A stretch of DNA of 64,000 nucleotides from contig OMWZ01000006.1 in the NCBI GenBank assembly GCA_900314855.1, forward strand, positions 8,870 through 72,869, given 5' to 3'. Both the position numbers and the translations under genes were made by a program. The notes under the pieces are model-generated. The model ran no database searches. It worked only from the letters and a program-made list of their open reading frames with translations, and had not been told where the DNA came from. This stretch comes from an uncultured Selenomonadales bacterium. Its GTDB lineage: Bacteria > Bacillota > Negativicutes > Acidaminococcales > Acidaminococcaceae. Below, piece by piece: positions 26,935 to 36,606 of the stretch (positions are counted from its first letter, which is position 1; the number at the start of each line of letters is the position of its first letter).

Positions 26935-28038
26935 TTACGGCGTTGGCGGCCGCGGCTGCCCCGTTTGTCCGGCCGAAGCCAGCCGTTCCTGCAGCATAGG
27001 CCAGACTTCGGGCGTCTCGAAGCCGTAGCGCCAAGCGGCGGTGCCGGCCAGGCCGTGCTGTTCCACCAGGCGCGTCTTGAGATAGAGGCTGGCCGTGTTT
27101 TCCAGCCAGAACTGGTAACGGACACCGTCTTCCTCGTAGGCGCAGCGGAACATCTGCAGGTTCGGCAGCCATTCGCTTTGCCACGACGGCAGGATGCCTT
27201 TTTCCGCCCGCAGTTGTTCTGCCCGCCGCATCGTCAGGGTCGAGGCGTGCCAGCGGTCCTGGGCCGCGTCGTAGCGCCACAGGCGCATATACAGGGGCAG
27301 GCCCAGGACGAGCTTCCGGGCCGGCACTTCCTGCAGGGTGGCGGCCACGCGGTCCGCGTCCCAGTTGTACGAGGCCGTCGGGCCGGGGACGCGGCTGCCG
27401 CGGGTGTACTGGTCATAGGCCATGAGCATCAGGTAGTCCACGTGGCGCGCCAGGCCCTTGCGGTCGTAACAAAGAGACCAGTCGGGACTGCCGTCGGGAA
27501 CGGTGACGTCCATGGACAGGGTCATGCCCGCCTCTTTCGTCTTGTGGCGGATGCGGGCGACGAAGGCTGTCAGCTTGTCCCTGTCGGCTTCGTAGATGTG
27601 CTCGAAATCCAGGTTGATGCCGTCGAAGCGGTGCTTTTTCGCCTGTTCCAGCAACTGGTCGATGACGTAGCGCTGGGCCTGCTCCTCGTTCAGGAGGGCC
27701 CGTGTCCGGTCGGGATCGAAGCCGTTCGTGAGCAAAGGCCAGACCTGGTAGCCCCGGGCGTGGGCGCGCTCCACGTATTGCGGGACGGAGCGGTCCGTCA
27801 CATGGCCGTAGTCGTTGTCGATGGTGTACCAGACGGGGGACACGACATTGACACCGGGTACTTTGTCGTGACGGGACAAATCGACGGCAGGTTCATCGGC
27901 GTGCTGCCAGACGAGATGGACCTTTCCCGTCAGGGGCGGCGCGGCGGTGTCGCGCGGGACGGGCGCTTTGGCGCTGCCCGGCGCCTGGATCGCGAACACC
28001 AGGAGCAGGACCGCGGCGAAGGAAAGAAGTTGTTTCAT
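26935..28038 (-). CDS. Secreted glycoside hydrolase family 18 protein
   Basis: Signal peptide, FDGINLDFE, LMAYDQ, KLVLGLPLY and LAGTAAWRYG. Confidence 0.9.
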   Translation of the reverse strand: MKQLLSFAAVLLLVFAIQAPGSAKAPVPRDTAAPPLTGKVHLVWQHADEPAVDLSRHDKVPGVNVVSPVWYTIDNDYGHVTDRSVPQYVERAHARGYQVWPLLTNGFDPDRTRALLNEEQAQRYVIDQLLEQAKKHRFDGINLDFEHIYEADRDKLTAFVARIRHKTKEAGMTLSMDVTVPDGSPDWSLCYDRKGLARHVDYLMLMAYDQYTRGSRVPGPTASYNWDADRVAATLQEVPARKLVLGLPLYMRLWRYDAAQDRWHASTLTMRRAEQLRAEKGILPSWQSEWLPNLQMFRCAYEEDGVRYQFWLENTASLYLKTRLVEQHGLAGTAAWRYGFETPEVWPMLQERLASAGQTGQPRPPTP

Positions 28039-28215
28039 GGAGACCTCCCCGGGACGGTATCGTCAGGGGTCCGTCCCTGTTCCCATTATAACGGATAAGG
28101 CCGTGGGAAGGCACTCTTTTTATGTATTTTCAGAGAAATTTGAATCCGCGCGGACGGTAGCATACTTCTTTAATGTATGCTATAATTTGGAAGGATACGG
28201 TGGAGGTAGGGAATC

Positions 28216-29472
28216 ATGGCAATCGAGGCGAAAGAAGGGCATACGTCCCCGTCCGGGGATCCGCAGGTCCACTGGCAAAAGAACCTGGGAATCCTGTGGA
28301 TCGGCGTCTTTCTTGCCTGTGCCAGCTATACCAGCTGTGTTCCTTTTTTGCCGTTGTATTTATGGCAGGATTTACAGGTTGGACCGGAAAATATCCATTT
28401 CTGGACCGGCGCGGTCTTTTCCGTTACCTTTCTCGGTTCCTCCCTCATGGCCCCGTACTGGGGCGCCTGGGCGGACAAGGTGGGGCAGCGGAAAATGGCG
28501 ATCCGGGCCGGCATCGGCCTTGCCGTGACGTACGCCCTATTGGGCCTGGTCCAGACGGCGTTCCAGTTGTTCCTGGTCCGCGGTCTGGCCGGTATCATCA
28601 GCGGCTTCGTGCCGGCGGCCATGTCCCTTGTCTCGTCGAGCCTGCCGAAAGAACGGATCGGCTGGGGCATGGGGATTATGCAGACCGGCGTGGCCAGCGG
28701 CAGTATCCTAGGCCCCCTTTTCGGCGGGTACCTGTCCGCCTGGTTCGGGATGCGCGCCTCTTTCTGGCTCGGCGCCGTCAGCCTCTTCCTGGCGACGGTC
28801 ATGGTGATTTTTCAAGTCGAGGAGATGCCCTACATCCGCAACGCCCGGAAAGAAAAGCTCCATTTGCTCCGTGACCTGTCCGGCGCGGTCCGCAACCGGG
28901 GCCTGCGCTTCGTCATGACCATGGTTTTCCTGGTCCAGGTCTGCACCCTGCTGGTCCAGCCCCTGGTCACCATGTATGTGGCCGATTTTACCGGCACGAC
29001 AGGCGAAGAAACGATTAAACTGAGCGGCTGGGTCTTTTCCCTCGCCGGTATCGCCGGCATTGTGGCGGCGCCCTTCTGGGGCAGGCAGGGACAGCGCCGT
29101 GGCTACGTCCGCACGCTCCTGGTCGTCCTCACCTGCGCCGGCCTGGTCAACTTGTTCCAGCCCGCCGTCCGCTCCCTCTGGCAGTTTGCGGCCATCCAGT
29201 TCTGTTCCGGCCTTTTCGTGGCCGGCAGCTATCCCAACGTGACGTCGATCCTGACGCAGGTCACGCCGCCGGAAATGCGCGGCAAGGCTTTCGGCCTGGT
29301 CACCTCGGCCCAGCAGTTCGGCGGTGTCGTCGGTCCCCTGGTGGGCAGCGCGCTGGGAAGCTTTTTACCGATCCGGTATGTGTTGTTCCTCGTCGGCTTG
29401 GTCTACCTGCTGGCGTCGTGTTATACCCGGTTGATGAAAAACCGGCTCCACCAATGGATTGCCCCGCGGTAA
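28216..29472 (+). CDS. MFS transporter (MdtG/DHA1-like)
   Basis: WQKNL.ILW.G.F, PFLPLY and MFS motif A WGAWADKVGQRKM. 12-TM pattern. Confidence 0.9.
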   Translation: MAIEAKEGHTSPSGDPQVHWQKNLGILWIGVFLACASYTSCVPFLPLYLWQDLQVGPENIHFWTGAVFSVTFLGSSLMAPYWGAWADKVGQRKMAIRAGIGLAVTYALLGLVQTAFQLFLVRGLAGIISGFVPAAMSLVSSSLPKERIGWGMGIMQTGVASGSILGPLFGGYLSAWFGMRASFWLGAVSLFLATVMVIFQVEEMPYIRNARKEKLHLLRDLSGAVRNRGLRFVMTMVFLVQVCTLLVQPLVTMYVADFTGTTGEETIKLSGWVFSLAGIAGIVAAPFWGRQGQRRGYVRTLLVVLTCAGLVNLFQPAVRSLWQFAAIQFCSGLFVAGSYPNVTSILTQVTPPEMRGKAFGLVTSAQQFGGVVGPLVGSALGSFLPIRYVLFLVGLVYLLASCYTRLMKNRLHQWIAPR

Positions 29473-29540
29473 CCCCCTTGGGCGCGCGCCGTGGCGGCTT
29501 GTGATTGATTCGCTTCAATATTTTTCAGGAGGTAATTTTT

Positions 29541-30095
29541 ATGCTCAGAAAGTTCAAGGGCATCAGCCCGGACGTCGACAAAAAAGCTCATGTATTTGAA
29601 AGCGCCGAAGTCATCGGCATGGTCACGATGAAGGAATTTTCCAGCGTCTGGCCGAACTGCACGGTCCGCGGGGATGTCAACCGCATCGAGATCGGCAAAT
29701 ATTCCAACATCCAGGACAACAGCTGCCTTCATGTGGCAGACCAGCACGCCTGCATCGTCGGGGACTATGTGACGGTCGGTCACTGCGCCACCCTCCACGC
29801 CTGCACGATTGAAAACCACGTCCTGATCGGCATGGGTTCCGTCGTCCTGGACGGGGCGGTCATCGGGGAAGGTTCTGTCGTTGCCGCCGGCGCCGTCGTC
29901 ACGAAGGGCACCATCGTGGAACCGTACTCCCTCATGGCGGGCATTCCGGCCAAATGCATCAAAAAGCTGCCTGCGACCAACAAAGAAACGGTCCATCACC
30001 AGGCCATCAAGTATAAGACCCTCTGGACCGAAGGCTACGGGATCCTGCCCGACGCTGACGGCGAAAAATATCACGGGGAGAAAATCCTCGACTAA
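29541..30095 (+). CDS. Gamma carbonic anhydrase family protein (hexapeptide repeat)
   Basis: VRGDVNRIEIG..SNIQDNSCLH and VTVGH.A.LH.C. SD AGGAGG. Confidence 0.92.
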   Translation: MLRKFKGISPDVDKKAHVFESAEVIGMVTMKEFSSVWPNCTVRGDVNRIEIGKYSNIQDNSCLHVADQHACIVGDYVTVGHCATLHACTIENHVLIGMGSVVLDGAVIGEGSVVAAGAVVTKGTIVEPYSLMAGIPAKCIKKLPATNKETVHHQAIKYKTLWTEGYGILPDADGEKYHGEKILD

Positions 30096-30113
30096 GGAGC
30101 GCGTCCGTCCGTT

Positions 30114-31085
30114 ATGAGTAAACGTGAGAACAAGTATATTTTCGTGCGCAAACCGAGCGGCGCCCCGGAAGGCGCCACAGGGCATTTCGGCCTGGGCCGT
30201 CCCTTCTATTTCGACGACCGGTTCAACCGCATCGCCATGATGGGCACCCTGATTTCCACCATCGTCCTGCTGATTTTCCGACAGGTCACCCATACGGGGA
30301 CGGGCAGTGTCCTCCTCGACGGGGTGGCCTACGCCGCAGGCTTCTTTTTCGCCTACCTGATTGCCCAGGAAGTGGACCCCGATCCGGACCGCCGCTGGGG
30401 CGCCCTTGTATCGGCCTTTCTGACCCTGGCGGCCGAGGCGCTGCTGGGCGTGAATCCCGACGGTGTCGTCGCCCTGCTGTGGATGCTTTTTATCCTGCGT
30501 ATGTTCAACCGCACGTCTGGATCGCGGCACCTGGTGGGGGACAATATCCTCATCCTGGCGTCGGCTTTCTATCTGGGCATGCAGGGGTATTGGCTGGTTC
30601 CCATCATAACGGGCGTGGCCTATATCGCAGAGAGCACTTTGCCGGAAGGCTACTACCGGAGCATGTATCTCGGGGCCTTGTCCTTCTGTATCGTCTTCTT
30701 CTCGGGGCGGAACTTCGCGGTCCCGGAATTGTCGCCGGTGTATCCTTTCCTGTTATTCGCGGCTTTCGTCCTCTTTATGCCCCAGGTCATGGTCGCCGGC
30801 CTGAACAAGGCCGTGGACGACCGGCATCATGAACCGCTGCTGAAGAAACGCCTTCAGGCGGCCCAGGCTTTCCTGATCTTCACCAGCATCCTCTTGACCT
30901 GGTTTGGCGGCAACACGTCGGGACGCATGTTCGTCCCGTGCCTCATGGCCGCTGTCGGGACGGGCCTCTATCTGGTCCTGTACCTGGCCCGTCAGAAAAA
31001 GGTCCGCCAGGAGGTAGAAGCCTACGCGGCGCAAAAGCAGGAAAAACGACAGCCGGAAACACGGTCGGAGCAAAAGGAGAAATAA
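30114..31085 (+). CDS. Hypothetical polytopic membrane protein
   Basis: Many hydrophobic helices, SD AAGGAG and operon-like spacing. No recognised family. Confidence 0.75.
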   Translation: MSKRENKYIFVRKPSGAPEGATGHFGLGRPFYFDDRFNRIAMMGTLISTIVLLIFRQVTHTGTGSVLLDGVAYAAGFFFAYLIAQEVDPDPDRRWGALVSAFLTLAAEALLGVNPDGVVALLWMLFILRMFNRTSGSRHLVGDNILILASAFYLGMQGYWLVPIITGVAYIAESTLPEGYYRSMYLGALSFCIVFFSGRNFAVPELSPVYPFLLFAAFVLFMPQVMVAGLNKAVDDRHHEPLLKKRLQAAQAFLIFTSILLTWFGGNTSGRMFVPCLMAAVGTGLYLVLYLARQKKVRQEVEAYAAQKQEKRQPETRSEQKEK

Positions 31086-31089
31086 GGCT

Positions 31090-31563
31090 ATGGCAAACGC
31101 AAAAGTAAAGTTCACGACGACCAAAGGAGTTTTTGTCGCGGAAATTTTTGAGGACAAGGCGCCCAACACGGCGGCCAATTTCCTGGAACTGACGGAAAAG
31201 GGCTACTACGACGGCATCCTCTTTCATCGCGTTATCGATGATTTCATGATTCAGGGCGGCGATCCCACGGGCACCGGCATGGGCGGTCCGGGGTACTGCA
31301 TCCCCGATGAATTCGGCGAAGGCCTGGCCCACGATAAGGAAGGGATCCTGTCGATGGCCAACGCCGGCCCGGACACGGGCGGCAGCCAGTTTTTCATCAC
31401 CCTGGCGCCGACGCCGTGGCTGGATGGCCGCCACGCCATTTTCGGCAAAATCGTGGAGGGCATGGATGTCGTCCATGAAATCGGCTCCGTGCCGACGGAC
31501 TTCCGCGATCGTCCCCTCGATCCCGTCATCATGGAAAAAGTGGAGATCCTTCCGGATAAATAA
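31090..31563 (+). CDS. ppiB: Cyclophilin-type peptidyl-prolyl isomerase
   Basis: [19 protein letters not shown] and [18 protein letters not shown]. Confidence 0.95.
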   Translation: MANAKVKFTTTKGVFVAEIFEDKAPNTAANFLELTEKGYYDGILFHRVIDDFMIQGGDPTGTGMGGPGYCIPDEFGEGLAHDKEGILSMANAGPDTGGSQFFITLAPTPWLDGRHAIFGKIVEGMDVVHEIGSVPTDFRDRPLDPVIMEKVEILPDK

Positions 31564-31593
31564 GAGGTCCTGTGCCGTGACGCGACAATTTCC

Positions 31594-31620
31594 GGCCTGC
31601 CCTTCGGGGCAGGCCTTTTT
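31594..31620 (+). terminator. Intrinsic terminator
   Basis: GGCCTGCCC-TTCG-GGGCAGGCC-TTTTT. Confidence 0.85.
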
Positions 31621-31650
31621 GCGCCCCGGCGGGACACGGAAATGGGACTG

Positions 31651-31665
31651 TATTTTCAGAAAATT
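31651..31665. promoter_or_regulatory. CodY-box-like site upstream of csp promoter
   Basis: TATTTTCAGAAAATT matches AATTTTCWGAAAATT at 14 of 15 positions. Confidence 0.55.
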
Positions 31666-31687
31666 AAGAGCAACCTTCGTCTTTGCC

Positions 31688-31716
31688 TTGCATATTTACG
31701 GGGGATAGCATATAAT
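31688..31716 (+). promoter_or_regulatory. sigma-A promoter of csp
   Basis: TTGCAT-N17-TATAAT. Confidence 0.75.
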
Positions 31717-31783
31717 AGCAAGTGGCGTTAGCGCGGAAGTTGTGCCGCGCGCCAAAAGTATTTATTTTTAGGAGGCCCGTAAG

Positions 31784-31984
31784 ATGACAGGCAAAGTTAA
31801 ATGGTTTAATGCAGAAAAAGGTTACGGCTTTATTGAACGCGAAGACGGCGGCGACGTATTCGTCCATTTCTCCGCAATCCAGGTCGACGGCTACAAGACT
31901 CTGGAAGACGGCCAGACCGTTGAATTCGACGTCGTGCAGGGGAACCGCGGGGAGCAGGCTGCCAACGTCAAACCCGTGAAATAA
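31784..31984 (+). CDS. cspA: Cold-shock protein
   Basis: [15 protein letters not shown] and DVFVHFSAI. Confidence 0.97.
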   Translation: MTGKVKWFNAEKGYGFIEREDGGDVFVHFSAIQVDGYKTLEDGQTVEFDVVQGNRGEQAANVKPVK

Positions 31985-32035
31985 TATAGAATTTAATTCG
32001 TTTTAATTCATATATTACGGAAACACGCTTAAACC

Positions 32036-32068
32036 AAAAGGACATCCTTTACGGGATGCCCTTTTTTT
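32036..32068 (+). terminator. Intrinsic terminator after csp
   Basis: AAAAGGACATCC..GGATGCCCTTTTTTT. Confidence 0.7.
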
Positions 32069-32141
32069 GTGTAAAATTTGCCGATTGTTCACCGATGAGT
32101 CTGATTTTTCTGATACAATGGAACGGAAAGGAGGTGGCGCC

Positions 32142-33611
32142 GTGGGAACGAAAGGAAACAGACCGGCCGCGTGGCTGTCCGCGCTGCTCCTCTTGGCCGG
32201 CCTGTCCCTGGCCGTGTGGATTTCGGCGATGCCGTCTGCCGCCGCGGCCGAGGCCCTGGTGGCGGACGGGGTTCCGGTGGGCCCTCCCGGCGTGGCGGCC
32301 CCTTCCACGGCCACGGATCCGGCGGCGGTTTTTTCCCACGTGGTGCCCCTGGGTCTAGGGACGGCCGAGGGAGGGACCCTGGAGCAGCAGGAGCGGATGC
32401 GCCGGTACAAGGCGGCGTACTGGATCCACCTGGCCGTCCTGGCCTGTACGGGGACCTATGATCCCGACCGGTCGGAAGCGTGGAAATACTTGGCACAGTA
32501 CGGCTGGCAATGGGAGACGTCCCGGCAGGAGACCAAAAAAGCCCTGGCCCACTATTCCCTGGCCAGGGTAAGGGCGCCGGACGGGCAGCCGCTCTATGTC
32601 GCCGCCTTCCGCGGCAGTGCGGAAAAGCGGGACTGGCAGGCGGACCTGACCGTGCGCCAGGTACCCTTCGACCGGGGCGCGGCGGCTACCGGCGGCCCGT
32701 GGGACGCGTCGGTGCCGCAGGTCCACCAGGGCTTTTCCGATTACACGGACGCGGTCCTGCAGGCCCGGGAGGTGCAGCGCTTCCTGGCGGCGTTCCGGGC
32801 CGATCCGGATGCGCGGCTCCTCCTGACGGGGCACAGCCTGGGCGGCGCCGCAGCCACCCTCCTGGGGCTGCGCCTCGTCGAGGCCGGCTGGCCGGCGGAC
32901 CGTATCCACGTGATTACCTTCGGCGCGCCCGCCGTGGGGAACCGGGCGTTTGCCGTCACTTACGGGTCCCGGCTGGACCTGCTCCGGGTCGTCAATTCCG
33001 CCGATCCTATCCCGGGAAGCCTTCAGACCGTATTCGGCGGATACAAGCAGTTCGGCGCGGTCCAAAAGTTCGCCATCCCGAAAACCGTGACGGGAATCAC
33101 CCACGGCATGAACCTGTACCTGGACGCGGCGTGGAAGCACTACAGCGAGGCGGCGTCCGAAGCCGTGCAGGCCGGCCTGGTCCGGGAACTGCCGGCGCGG
33201 CGGGACGGGACAGCGGCGCCCCGGACGGCCTTAATCCTGCGGCAGGACACGGGCCGCGGCCGGACTCCCTTTTTCCAGTATTTGCGGATTTTTTTCGAAC
33301 GGGAGTATAAAAACCGCCTGCCCTGCTATGTCGTGGTGGATCCCGGCGCCGACCCGGGGAGGGAACGCCTGCCGGACGACACGGAATATATCCTGTCCGT
33401 GACGGTCCGGGCCGAGGCGGAACGGCGGGGAGACCGCTGGTTCCTGATTTTGGAGCAGGCCTTGTCCGATGCCCGTACGGGGCGACTGCTGGGCCTGACG
33501 GTCACGTCGCGGCGGACGGGGCCACAGGAAGGAAACATGGAAACGGCTATGGAGGCCCTGCGAATCCAACAGCAGGAACTGCGGCGCCTCCTGCCGTGGT
33601 TCCCCCGCTGA
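32142..33611 (+). CDS. Secreted lipase (class 3) with C-terminal extra domain
   Basis: Signal peptide, AFRGS, VHQGF, nucleophile elbow TGHSLGGAAA, TFGAP and RVVNSADPIP. GTG start after AAGGAGG. Confidence 0.85.
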   Translation: MGTKGNRPAAWLSALLLLAGLSLAVWISAMPSAAAAEALVADGVPVGPPGVAAPSTATDPAAVFSHVVPLGLGTAEGGTLEQQERMRRYKAAYWIHLAVLACTGTYDPDRSEAWKYLAQYGWQWETSRQETKKALAHYSLARVRAPDGQPLYVAAFRGSAEKRDWQADLTVRQVPFDRGAAATGGPWDASVPQVHQGFSDYTDAVLQAREVQRFLAAFRADPDARLLLTGHSLGGAAATLLGLRLVEAGWPADRIHVITFGAPAVGNRAFAVTYGSRLDLLRVVNSADPIPGSLQTVFGGYKQFGAVQKFAIPKTVTGITHGMNLYLDAAWKHYSEAASEAVQAGLVRELPARRDGTAAPRTALILRQDTGRGRTPFFQYLRIFFEREYKNRLPCYVVVDPGADPGRERLPDDTEYILSVTVRAEAERRGDRWFLILEQALSDARTGRLLGLTVTSRRTGPQEGNMETAMEALRIQQQELRRLLPWFPR

Positions 33612-33654
33612 ACGCGGCAGGAACCGGATTGCCTTCGGGCAGAAAGGATGCGAA

Positions 33655-34044
33655 ATGGATCATCAAAACCAGAGATTCTATTTTTGTCGTGACTGCGGTA
33701 CCATCGTCGGGTTGATCGCCGGCTCTCCCGAGAGCCTGTCGTGCTGCGGGAAGCCCATGGAACCGCTGCGTGCCAACAGTGTCGATGCGTCCCAGGAAAA
33801 ACACGTGCCTGTCGTATCGGTCGTGGAATCCATCGTCAACGTCAAAGTCGGCAGCGCGGAGCATCCCATGACGGAAGCGCACCACATCGACTGGATTTAT
33901 GTCCTGACAGCAAAAGGCGGCCAGCGGCGCGTCCTCACCATCGACGACAAACCGGGAGCCCGTTTTGCCTTAGCCGACGGGGACAAAGCCCTGGCCGTCT
34001 TCGCCCACTGCAATCTGCACGGGCTGTGGATGACGGAGCTTTAA
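33655..34044 (+). CDS. dfx: Desulfoferrodoxin / superoxide reductase
   Basis: CRDCG..CCGKPM, EKHVP, HPM..HHIDW and CNLHGLW. Confidence 0.93.
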   Translation: MDHQNQRFYFCRDCGTIVGLIAGSPESLSCCGKPMEPLRANSVDASQEKHVPVVSVVESIVNVKVGSAEHPMTEAHHIDWIYVLTAKGGQRRVLTIDDKPGARFALADGDKALAVFAHCNLHGLWMTEL

Positions 34045-34054
34045 GCGCCGTCCG

Positions 34055-35611
34055 TCAGACGATTTTTGTCGTCCAGTCTTCGATGTTCCAGACTTCATCG
34101 ACCCAGTCTTCGTAGAATTCCGGTTCGTGGGAGACAAGGAGGATTGAGCCCTTGAATTCCTGCAGGGCTTTCTTCAGCTCCGCCTTGGCTTCCACGTCCA
34201 GATGGTTTGTCGGTTCGTCCAGGACGAGCCAGTTGACCGGGGAGAGCATAATCTTGCACAGGCGTACCTTGGCGGCTTCGCCGCCGCTGAGGACGCACAC
34301 CTTGGTTTCGATGTGTTCCGTCGTCAGGCCGACGCCGGCGAGGGCTCCGCGGACCTGGGCGTTCGACAGGCCCGGATAGGCGTCCCAGACGTCATCCAGG
34401 GCCGTTTTTTCGTTGCGTTCCCGTTCTTCCTGTTCAAAGTAGCCCGGTTCCAGGTAATCGCCGGAGGTCATCTTGCCGCTGTACGGGGGCAGGAGCCCAA
34501 GAAGGGTCTTCAGGAGGGTCGTCTTGCCCAGGCCGTTGACGCCTTTGACCGCCACTTTCCGGTTCCGTTCCAGTCGGAAGGAGACGGGACGGGTCAAGGG
34601 GCTGTCGTAGCCCAGGACCAGGTCTTCCGCCTCCGCGAGGTAGCGCCCCGGCGTACGGGCCGGTTCAAATCGGAAATGGGGCTTTGGCTTTTCTGCCGGC
34701 TTTTCTATCAATTCCATCTTATCGAGCTTGCGCTGGCGGCTCCGGGCCATGCCGGTCGTCGCGACGCGGGCCTTGTTGCGGGCGATGAAATCCTCCAGAC
34801 GAGCCACTTCCTGCTGCTGACGCTCGTAGGCCGCTTCGAGCTGGGCCTTGCGGATTTCATAGAGGGACCGGAATTGGTCGTAGTTGCCCGTGTAACGCGT
34901 CAGCTTGCAGTCTTCCAGATGGTAGATGACATTGGCCACGTCGTTCAGGAAGGAGACGTCGTGGGAAATGAGGACGAAGGCCTTTTCGTATTCCTGCAGG
35001 AACCGCGTGAGCCAGTGAATGTGTTCCACGTCTAAATAGTTCGTCGGTTCATCCAGCAGGAGAATGTCCGGGTCCTGGAGCAGCAGCTTGGCCAGCAGGG
35101 TCTTGTTGCGCTGGCCGCCGGACAGGTCCGCCACATCGCGGTCCAGCCCGACTTCGCCGAGCCCTAGGCCGTTGGCGAACTCTTCGATGCGGCTGTCCAG
35201 GGCGTAGTAGCCGCTGTGTTCCAGCCGGCTCTGGATTTCGCCGACCTGCTGGAGCATCTTGTCCATGGCTTCGGGCGACGCCGTGCCCATTTCGTCGTAC
35301 AGGCGCAGCATTTCCTGTTCCGCCTCGATGTCATCACGAAAGGCCGCCTTGAGGACCTCGCGGATGGTCTGGCCGTCCTGCAGGGTGCTCATCTGGTCCA
35401 GGTAGCCTACCCTGATTTTGCCGGGCCACAGGATTTGCCCCTCGTCGGGAACGAGATGGTCCGTAATGAGGTTGAAAAACGTCGATTTGCCTTCGCCGTT
35501 GGCCCCGACGAGCCCGATATGTTCCCCTTTCTCCAATTTGAAGGTCACATCGTCCAGGATCTGCCGCCCGCCGAAGGAATAGCTGACATGATTGACATCT
35601 AAATAGCTCAT
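34055..35611 (-). CDS. yfmM: ABC-F family ribosome-associated ATPase (YfmM-like)
   Basis: Two ABC domains and no TM segments. GEHIGLVGANGEGKSTF and the C-terminal WTTKIV resemble B. subtilis YfmM. Confidence 0.85.
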   Translation of the reverse strand: MSYLDVNHVSYSFGGRQILDDVTFKLEKGEHIGLVGANGEGKSTFFNLITDHLVPDEGQILWPGKIRVGYLDQMSTLQDGQTIREVLKAAFRDDIEAEQEMLRLYDEMGTASPEAMDKMLQQVGEIQSRLEHSGYYALDSRIEEFANGLGLGEVGLDRDVADLSGGQRNKTLLAKLLLQDPDILLLDEPTNYLDVEHIHWLTRFLQEYEKAFVLISHDVSFLNDVANVIYHLEDCKLTRYTGNYDQFRSLYEIRKAQLEAAYERQQQEVARLEDFIARNKARVATTGMARSRQRKLDKMELIEKPAEKPKPHFRFEPARTPGRYLAEAEDLVLGYDSPLTRPVSFRLERNRKVAVKGVNGLGKTTLLKTLLGLLPPYSGKMTSGDYLEPGYFEQEERERNEKTALDDVWDAYPGLSNAQVRGALAGVGLTTEHIETKVCVLSGGEAAKVRLCKIMLSPVNWLVLDEPTNHLDVEAKAELKKALQEFKGSILLVSHEPEFYEDWVDEVWNIEDWTTKIV

Positions 35612-35756
35612 GGTTACCCCTTTCCAAAGTTGGTCGTGTTCCATTGTATCGCACGATGTATTGTTTTGTACAGCGGAAATTGATATAATGAAAAAGACGG
35701 AACAGGCCCCTCGGCGGGGCTGGATCCTGCGGGATGAGGATAAAGGAGAGGTTTCC

Positions 35757-36224
35757 ATGATTTGCGGAACGAAAGCAACCATTGCGGACTTGCTGCCCTA
35801 CGTGTCGGACCGGCTGGCACAGGGCCTGCGGTATCTTGCGGAGACGGATTTCCGTACCGTCGCCGACGGAAAATACGAACTCGATGGCGATAAGCTGTAT
35901 GCCACCGTCGCCCACTATACGACGGAACCGAAGGACGCGAAGAAACCGGAGTCGCACAACCGGTACATCGATATCCAGTACCTGGGCGCCGGGACGGAAA
36001 AGTTGTACTATACTGCCAAGACGGACGCCAGCAGGGTCGTGGAAGACTACAGCGCCGACCGGGACCTGCTCTTCTACGCAGACGCAGGGGAACGGGACAG
36101 CGTCACCCTGGGGGACGGGGTTTTTGCCATCCTGTTTCCCTGGGAACTGCACCGCCCGGGCTGCCACGCCGTCCATGGCGGCTGCGAAGTCCAGAAAGTC
36201 GTCGTCAAGGTCCGCATGGACTGA
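35757..36224 (+). CDS. YhcH/YjgK/YiaL (DUF386) family protein
   Basis: ESHNRYIDIQY, FAILFPWELHRP and KVVVKV. SD AAGGAG. Confidence 0.9.
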   Translation: MICGTKATIADLLPYVSDRLAQGLRYLAETDFRTVADGKYELDGDKLYATVAHYTTEPKDAKKPESHNRYIDIQYLGAGTEKLYYTAKTDASRVVEDYSADRDLLFYADAGERDSVTLGDGVFAILFPWELHRPGCHAVHGGCEVQKVVVKVRMD

Positions 36225-36257
36225 AGCTGGGACACCAAAAAACTTTAAAAAAAGTTG

Positions 36258-36286
36258 TTGACACGTCCAGGGGAGTGTGGTAATAT
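36258..36286 (+). promoter_or_regulatory. sigma-A promoter of tRNA-Asn/Glu
   Basis: TTGACA-N17-TAATAT with an A-rich UP element. Confidence 0.8.
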
Positions 36287-36316
36287 AACACACGTAGTCG
36301 CCAAGACTTAGCTAAT

Positions 36317-36391
<75 letters not shown>

Positions 36392-36394
36392 TGT

Positions 36395-36469
36395 GGCCGG
36401 TTGGTCAAGCGGTTAAGACACCGCCCTTTCACGGCGGTATCAGCGGTTCGAATCCGCTACCGGTCACCA
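36395..36469 (+). tRNA. tRNA-Glu(TTC)
   Basis: GGCCGGT..CCGCC-CTTTCAC-GGCGG..GGTTCGAATCC..ACCA. Confidence 0.97.
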
Positions 36470-36479
36470 CTTCAACGAT

Positions 36480-36511
36480 AACGCGGAACGAGTTCACGTT
36501 CCGCGTTTTTT
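36480..36511 (+). terminator. Terminator after tRNA pair
   Basis: AACGCGGAACG/CGTTCCGCGTT followed by a T-tract. Confidence 0.85.
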
Positions 36512-36606
36512 GTTGTTGTTCCTGCACGAGGGAATGCGTTATAATAAGAAGGAATTACGCGGCAGGGGCCTGCCGCCTGTCATCGGTAAGATGGGGAGGG
36601 TTCTGA

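Noticed and set aside
35612-35756. Attenuator uORF for an antibiotic-resistance ABC-F
   Set aside because: The protein resembles housekeeping YfmM, and the short divergent intergenic region shows no leader ORF or terminator.
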